DNA of 64,000 nt from Deltaproteobacteria bacterium. GTDB lineage: Bacteria > Myxococcota_A > Polyangia > Haliangiales > SHYZ01. Positions within the stretch are counted from its first letter, which is position 1. Each line of letters begins with the position of its first letter. The position numbers and the translations under genes were made by a program. The notes under the pieces were generated by a model. It did not search any database. It saw only the letters and a program-made list of their open reading frames with translations, and was not told where the DNA came from. The stretch is taken from assembly GCA_016210055.1 (NCBI GenBank), contig JACQUZ010000126.1, positions 33,586 to 97,585 on the forward strand, read 5' to 3'. Of the stretch, positions 58,795 through 64,000 are shown in pieces.

Positions 58795-61700
58795 ATGCGT
58801 CTATCCTCCTGTCTTGGGCTAGCCCTTCCTACTGCTCTGGGACTGCTCGGCTGCAGCGCGGAGCGGACAGGACCCACGCCAAGCGTCGCGGGTCTCTCGC
58901 CCTCGCTGGCGTGCGGGGAGCAGCTCACCACGACGATCACCATCTCTGGGGCCGGCCTCTCGCCCTTGGCGATAGAAGCGGCGACGAAGTCGCCGAAGCT
59001 CGCGATCCCGGACGTCATCCTCAAGCGGACCCAAGATCTCGCTGGGGCGAGCGTGGGCGGTTCCGCGGTCACGATCCCCAACGACCCCTCTGCTCCTTCG
59101 GCTGCGCGGGTCAAGTGGATGAGCGAGACCGAAATGGCCATCGATATCTACCCTGAGCTGGCCCTCGCCCCGGGGCTCTACCAGATCACGGTGGCCAACC
59201 GCAACGGTCGCGCCTTTACCAAGGAGGCGGCCCTCACCGTCGTGCCGCGGCCCATGCTTGCGGCGGTCGAGCCCGACCTCCTGTGCGTGGCTCAGTCCGA
59301 CCGGTCGGTCACGATCAGGGGCGAGGGCTTCTTGCAGGTGGGAGATGCCTTGCCGAAGGTTCATTTTGACGGGCTCGAGCGGCCCGTGGAATCGCTGAGC
59401 GATTGTACGGACCTGCCGGGGCCCACTGCGGCCAAGACCTGCAAGACGGCCACAGCGACGATTCCCAAGGTGGCGCTCGCGCCCGGCGCGCCGGCGCTCG
59501 TCCTAACGAACCCCAGTCCAGCGGCGTGCAAGTCCGAGGACAAGGTGGAGATGGCCATCGTGCCGGCGCCCACCCTCGCGAAGGTTCAGCCCGACTTGTT
59601 TTGCTCCAAGCAGAAGGAGCGCACCCTGACCTTGACGGGGACCGGCTTCGTGCGTCTCAAGGACGAGCTGCCCTCGGTGATGGTTGGGGAGACCATTTTC
59701 CGAGCGAGCAGCGCCAGCGGTTGCACGCGCATCGAGGGGACCAAGCTTGCGGTGGCGGATAGCTGCACCGAGCTCACGGTGGTCATTCCCAAGGGTGGGG
59801 TCGATCCGTCAGTCCATGACGTCATGGTGGTCAACCCGCAGCCAGCGGGGTGTCGCACGCTCGAGGAAGTGACGGTGGTGGACGTCCCACCGCCGAGGCT
59901 CGAGAAGGTTGTGCCTGACCTGGCGTGCGTCGCCGAGGAGGCGCGTACGCTCACGCTTTCGGGCCAGGGATTCCTGGAAATCGACGGGTCTCTGCCCGAG
60001 GTCACGATCGGAACCGAGGTACTCAAGCCGGTTCTGACCGTGGCGTCCTGCTCTCCCTTGACGGGCACGCTGACCAACACGAAGCGCTGCACCGAGATGA
60101 CGGTGACCGTGACCAAGGGCCTCCTTGGGGCGGGCAAGTACGAGGTGTCGGTGACCAACCCGCTGGCGGCCGACTGCACGAGCGAGGAATCGGTGACCAT
60201 GGCCGTGACGCCACCACCGAAACTGGCGAGCATCGTCGAGGATCTCACCTGCCTTGCCGACGGTGAAAAGACCTTTACCCTGTCGGGGACCGATTTCGTG
60301 AAGATCGGCGAGGGCTTGCCGACGGTGGACATCGGAGGGAAGCCCGTGGTGCCAAGCTCTGCGAGCGAGTGCACGGCCATCGACGGCACGCTCACGGGTG
60401 CGCTGGCATGCAAGAAACTGTCCCTCACGCTGCCGCCGGGCGCCATCGATGTGGGGAGTCATGACGTCACCGTGACGAATCCGCAGCCCGCAGGCTGCTC
60501 CAGCATTGACGACGTCAAGCTGGTGGTCGTCCCAGAGCCGACGGTTGCGTCGGTCATCCCCGACCTGTCTTGCGCTGCGCTCGGGGTCACCGCGGAGGTC
60601 AAGGGCACCGGTTTCCTTGTTGTGGACACAGCGCTCCCCACGGTCCTCATTGGCACGACGCCAGTCTTGGCGGCCAGCGTCGACGAGGCGAGCTGCCAGG
60701 TGATTCCGGGAACCCTGCACGCGGCCAAGCGCTGTACCTCTCTGTCCGTGGTCGTGCCTCCAGGGGTTGATGTGGGCACGCAGAACGTCAGGGTGAAGAA
60801 CCCGGCCCCGGCCGACTGCACGAGCAACGAGACCGTGCCGGCCTTGGTGGTCGCCGCGCCGTTGATTGAAAGCGTGGCGCCAGAAGCCGTGTGCAACACG
60901 GCTCAGCCCGCCAGCATGGTCATCAAGGGAGCCAATTTCCTGCGCATCGGCGGAACGCTCCCGACGGTGGAAGTGGACGGCGTGGAGCGCGCGGTCACGG
61001 GCGCCACGTGCACGCCGATCACGGGCATCGCCACCGTCGCCGACTCCTGCACGGAGCTCACGTTCGCAGTGCCGGCTCCGGGCTTCGCCGCGGGCAACCA
61101 CAAGGTGAAGGTCTTAAACCCAGCGCCCGCAGGCTGTGCCACTGCGGCTCTCGGCTCCTTTGACGTGACCTCGGCGCCCAAGCTGGACCCGGTCGCGACG
61201 CCGCAGAAGGTTTGCTCCGCCGGAGGCCAGTTCACCGTTACCGGCACGGGCTTTGTCGCCGGGTCGCAGATCATCCTCGAGGGGACAAGTGTTCCCACCG
61301 ACTTCACGACGTCGTCCAGTATTTCGGGCACATTGTCCCCGGGCCTCGTCCCCGCCGATCTCTACGACGTCACGGTCGAAAACGGTCAGGGGTGCGCCGA
61401 CACGGTGCCGGATGCCGTGCGGGTAGTCGACCAACCCACCATCTTCTTTGCCGATCCGCCGGTCGTCTACAATGGCGTGAACCTACAGATCACGATATTC
61501 GCGTCGGGAATCACCGGGACGGTCACTGCGGCGGGGATACGCCCCACCGGATCTACCGCAGATCCCACGACGCTGAAGTTCGAATACCGGCTTTCTCGCC
61601 CGAATCGCGTCCTGGCGACCATTCCGAAGGATACCCCCGCAGGTATCTACGACGTCCTCCTCCGTGACGAGACGTGCGGCGCCGTTCTGGAGCAGGCAGT

Positions 61701-63738
61701 CCGCATCACCGAGACCCTGTCCGTCGATGTGGCGCGCATCGACCCGCCGTTCGGAACCGAGGCCGAAGACGTGGGCGTGGCGATTCGGTCAGCAGTGCCG
61801 CCGGCAGTCGGGAAGGAGAATTTCAAGCCGACTCCCCGCGCCTACCTCAATCCGACCTCACAAGGGGCAACCGCCCTTGCGACCGAAATCCGGGCGGTGG
61901 CCTACCTCGAGCCTGGGAAGATCACCGGCGTGGTCCCGGGGGTCCTCGACGCAGGCACGTATGACCTCATCGTGGTCAACCCCGACGGCGGGGTAGGGCT
62001 CCTCGCCGAGGCGTTCACCGTCGTAGTCGAGCCTCCACCCTTGATTACCGAGCTCTCGCCGAACTCCCTCGTGGGCCAGTCGGGGCAGAAGCTCAAGATC
62101 CTCGGTACCAACTTCCGCGACCCGCTCTCGTCAGTCAAGGCGACCTGCCGGAAGGCCACGGGCGACGTCGAGCTCACCGCCACCGTTGGCACGACCACGG
62201 CTACTTCCATCGACACGACCTGGGACATGTCGACCGTGACGGCGGGTGACGCGTGCGTGGTCCGGGTGACGAACAGCGATGGGACATACGCCGACTTCTC
62301 CGCCGTGTCGATCACCAACTCGTCGCTCAACCTCGCTTCCTTCAAGCTGGATGCCGACATGGTGGTGCCGCGTCGGGCGCTCGCGGCGGCTGCGATCCGC
62401 ATGAACTCCGCTTCGCGGTTCCTCTTCGCCATCGGCGGCGATTCGGGGGCAGGCACCGAGGCCCATTCGAGCGTCGAGGCGGCGCCCGTAGACGAGTTTG
62501 GCGACGTGGGCACCTGGGCGCTCCAGCGGAACTCGCTCCCGCAGGGCCGCTCCCACGTTACGGCGCAGGTCGTCGGGCGTTACGCGTACCTCGCCGGGGG
62601 CCGCGTGGGAAATCAGCCATCGAGCTCGGTTCTCAGGGCCTATCTCCTGGATCCCAAGGAGTCGCCCGAAGTCCTTGACGTAGATCTAACTCGCAGCCCC
62701 GAGCTGGGGCTGGGAGGGGGCACCTGGTACTACCGCGTGGCCGCGGTGATGCAGAATTCGGACTCCAACAACCCCGGCGGTGAAGGCCTCCCCAGCGAAC
62801 CGCTGGTGGTGCAGGTGCCCAGCCTGAAGACCGGGCGGGTTCACGTCACCATCACGTGGACAGCGGTTGCCGGCGCCGACAAGTACCGGATCTACAGGAC
62901 GCCCGAGGCGAATCAGATCCTTGGGAAGGAGGTGCTCCTCGACACGGTTTCCGCGTCCAAGCAGTCCTACACCGATACCGGAGTCGCGCCGCCCGCCGAC
63001 GCACCTGGTCCGCTTCCGCTCGGCTCCTTGGGCACTTGGCATTCGGTGGGTACCCTGAACTCGGCCCGTGAGGGGGCGGCTGTACTGGCCGTGCCCAAGC
63101 AGGGCTCGCCTGACACCGTGTACCTCTTCGTGGTTGGCGGCCTCAAAGACGCCACCGCGCTCGCCTCGATCGAGCGGGCGACCATCACCGTGAGCTCATC
63201 GAGCCAGCAGGTTGTGGGAGCCTTCGGAGTGCTGGCCGCGACCCTGCCCAGGGGCCGCTGGCAACATGGTGCGGTCTACGTGGACCAAAAGCGCGCGAGC
63301 GCCGTGGCTGCTGGCGACGTCTGGGTCTATGTCCTTCCCGGTGCGGCGGCGGATGGCACGGCGACCGTCGGCGATGTGGATGCGTTCTCCATGTCGAGCG
63401 CCGGCGATCTGACTCGCTACACGGCCGCGACCCTACCCACCAACGACGGATTCGCGGGCTACGGCTTCGTCGCCGGGAACCACCAGATCTACTTGCTCGG
63501 CAGCCAGAACGGGCAACCTTCTGCCACGGGCAATTCCACCGAGGTCTGCGACGGAACCCGGGGGTGCTCCGGGCCACCCAAGCTCCGCAACTGGAACGCG
63601 GGCTTCGCCTTGAAGATCGCTCGCTACCTGCACGCGACCGCCGTCGAGAGCTCGTTCATCTATCAGCTCGGCGGAACCGCCATCGTAGACAGCGTGAGGC
63701 AAGAAGCCACGCGCACCACGGAGCGAACCAGCCTGTAG
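58795..63738 (+). CDS. 1,647-aa lipoprotein: ~11 IPT/TIG-like Ig domains followed by a Kelch-type beta-propeller with an FN3-like insert
   Basis: Lipoprotein signal LPTALGLLGCSAE. Repeating ~105-aa units of the form P-x-L-x-x-V-x-PDL-x-C...TL-x-G-x-GF...LP-x-V...C...C-TE-L-T-V...V-x-NP-x-PA-x-C. The C-terminus has Kelch-like FAIGG, YLAGG, FVVGG, YLLGS and YQLGG strands plus an FN3-like WTAVAGADKYRIYR. Confidence 0.8.
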   Translation: MRLSSCLGLALPTALGLLGCSAERTGPTPSVAGLSPSLACGEQLTTTITISGAGLSPLAIEAATKSPKLAIPDVILKRTQDLAGASVGGSAVTIPNDPSAPSAARVKWMSETEMAIDIYPELALAPGLYQITVANRNGRAFTKEAALTVVPRPMLAAVEPDLLCVAQSDRSVTIRGEGFLQVGDALPKVHFDGLERPVESLSDCTDLPGPTAAKTCKTATATIPKVALAPGAPALVLTNPSPAACKSEDKVEMAIVPAPTLAKVQPDLFCSKQKERTLTLTGTGFVRLKDELPSVMVGETIFRASSASGCTRIEGTKLAVADSCTELTVVIPKGGVDPSVHDVMVVNPQPAGCRTLEEVTVVDVPPPRLEKVVPDLACVAEEARTLTLSGQGFLEIDGSLPEVTIGTEVLKPVLTVASCSPLTGTLTNTKRCTEMTVTVTKGLLGAGKYEVSVTNPLAADCTSEESVTMAVTPPPKLASIVEDLTCLADGEKTFTLSGTDFVKIGEGLPTVDIGGKPVVPSSASECTAIDGTLTGALACKKLSLTLPPGAIDVGSHDVTVTNPQPAGCSSIDDVKLVVVPEPTVASVIPDLSCAALGVTAEVKGTGFLVVDTALPTVLIGTTPVLAASVDEASCQVIPGTLHAAKRCTSLSVVVPPGVDVGTQNVRVKNPAPADCTSNETVPALVVAAPLIESVAPEAVCNTAQPASMVIKGANFLRIGGTLPTVEVDGVERAVTGATCTPITGIATVADSCTELTFAVPAPGFAAGNHKVKVLNPAPAGCATAALGSFDVTSAPKLDPVATPQKVCSAGGQFTVTGTGFVAGSQIILEGTSVPTDFTTSSSISGTLSPGLVPADLYDVTVENGQGCADTVPDAVRVVDQPTIFFADPPVVYNGVNLQITIFASGITGTVTAAGIRPTGSTADPTTLKFEYRLSRPNRVLATIPKDTPAGIYDVLLRDETCGAVLEQAVRITETLSVDVARIDPPFGTEAEDVGVAIRSAVPPAVGKENFKPTPRAYLNPTSQGATALATEIRAVAYLEPGKITGVVPGVLDAGTYDLIVVNPDGGVGLLAEAFTVVVEPPPLITELSPNSLVGQSGQKLKILGTNFRDPLSSVKATCRKATGDVELTATVGTTTATSIDTTWDMSTVTAGDACVVRVTNSDGTYADFSAVSITNSSLNLASFKLDADMVVPRRALAAAAIRMNSASRFLFAIGGDSGAGTEAHSSVEAAPVDEFGDVGTWALQRNSLPQGRSHVTAQVVGRYAYLAGGRVGNQPSSSVLRAYLLDPKESPEVLDVDLTRSPELGLGGGTWYYRVAAVMQNSDSNNPGGEGLPSEPLVVQVPSLKTGRVHVTITWTAVAGADKYRIYRTPEANQILGKEVLLDTVSASKQSYTDTGVAPPADAPGPLPLGSLGTWHSVGTLNSAREGAAVLAVPKQGSPDTVYLFVVGGLKDATALASIERATITVSSSSQQVVGAFGVLAATLPRGRWQHGAVYVDQKRASAVAAGDVWVYVLPGAAADGTATVGDVDAFSMSSAGDLTRYTAATLPTNDGFAGYGFVAGNHQIYLLGSQNGQPSATGNSTEVCDGTRGCSGPPKLRNWNAGFALKIARYLHATAVESSFIYQLGGTAIVDSVRQEATRTTERTSL

Positions 63739-63745
63739 GAGGCCC

Positions 63746-64000
63746 ATGCGCATGTCACGAGCAATGGTTGCCTGCATCCTCGCGCTTTTGCCCGCCACGG
63801 AGGTCGTCGCAGGAGAGCGCAAGACGCACGTGGGGCTCCACGCGGGCGTCGTCTTGCCACAGGTGTCGAGCGAGCTCAAGACGGCCCTCGGCATCAAGCT
63901 GGAGGCAGGGTTCCGCGCCTGGAGTAAGCTCGCCCCGTTCGTTCAGGTGGGCTACAGCCAACCGGTCGTGGAGAGCGCGCAGCCGGACCAGCGGCTCCCT
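63746..64000 (+). CDS. signal-peptide protein, 3'-truncated by window edge (possibly an outer-membrane beta-barrel)
   Basis: TAGGAGG RBS, then ATG 63746. MRMSRAMVACILALLPATEVVAGERKTHVGLHAGVVLP.. is open to the window end. Alternating hydrophobic pattern. Not in the ORF track because no stop is reached. Confidence 0.45.
   Translation, partial: MRMSRAMVACILALLPATEVVAGERKTHVGLHAGVVLPQVSSELKTALGIKLEAGFRAWSKLAPFVQVGYSQPVVESAQPDQRLP

Overview
High-GC chromosomal window (G+C judged by eye, not computed). Its gene style suggests a Myxococcota-like deltaproteobacterium: many lipoproteins built from Cys-rich, IPT, PKD or Kelch modules, a PknK-type Ser/Thr kinase, and HDOD/REC/GGDEF signalling. This taxon call is inference only. 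I support about 46 protein-coding genes. Housekeeping genes are pdxA (5' partial), uvrA, nadE, aconitase, ilvD, leuCD, sdhCAB, amt, pncA/pncB and an RNA methyltransferase. A PuuD-type urate-to-ureidoglycolate cluster lies at about 24.5-30.5 kb and includes a fused allantoicase::OHCU-decarboxylase. One ISKra4-like insertion sequence with 32/33-nt terminal inverted repeats lies at 34.5-36.0 kb. I saw no rRNA, tRNA or CRISPR array. The most unusual content is: (i) a 1,294-aa lipoprotein made of about 42 tandem five-cysteine repeats plus three 10-Cys modules, flanked by an NHLRC2-like thioredoxin/NHL protein and a secreted transglutaminase-like protein; (ii) a 56-aa ORF below the ORF-track cutoff, with a strong SD and a double-glycine-type leader, next to the IS; (iii) an ABC-2 permease fused to a CPBP intramembrane protease; (iv) two very large modular lipoproteins (LTD/PKD/beta-helix, and 11x IPT + Kelch). 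All family names come from motif recognition by eye. No database search was run, and no finding is proven novel.
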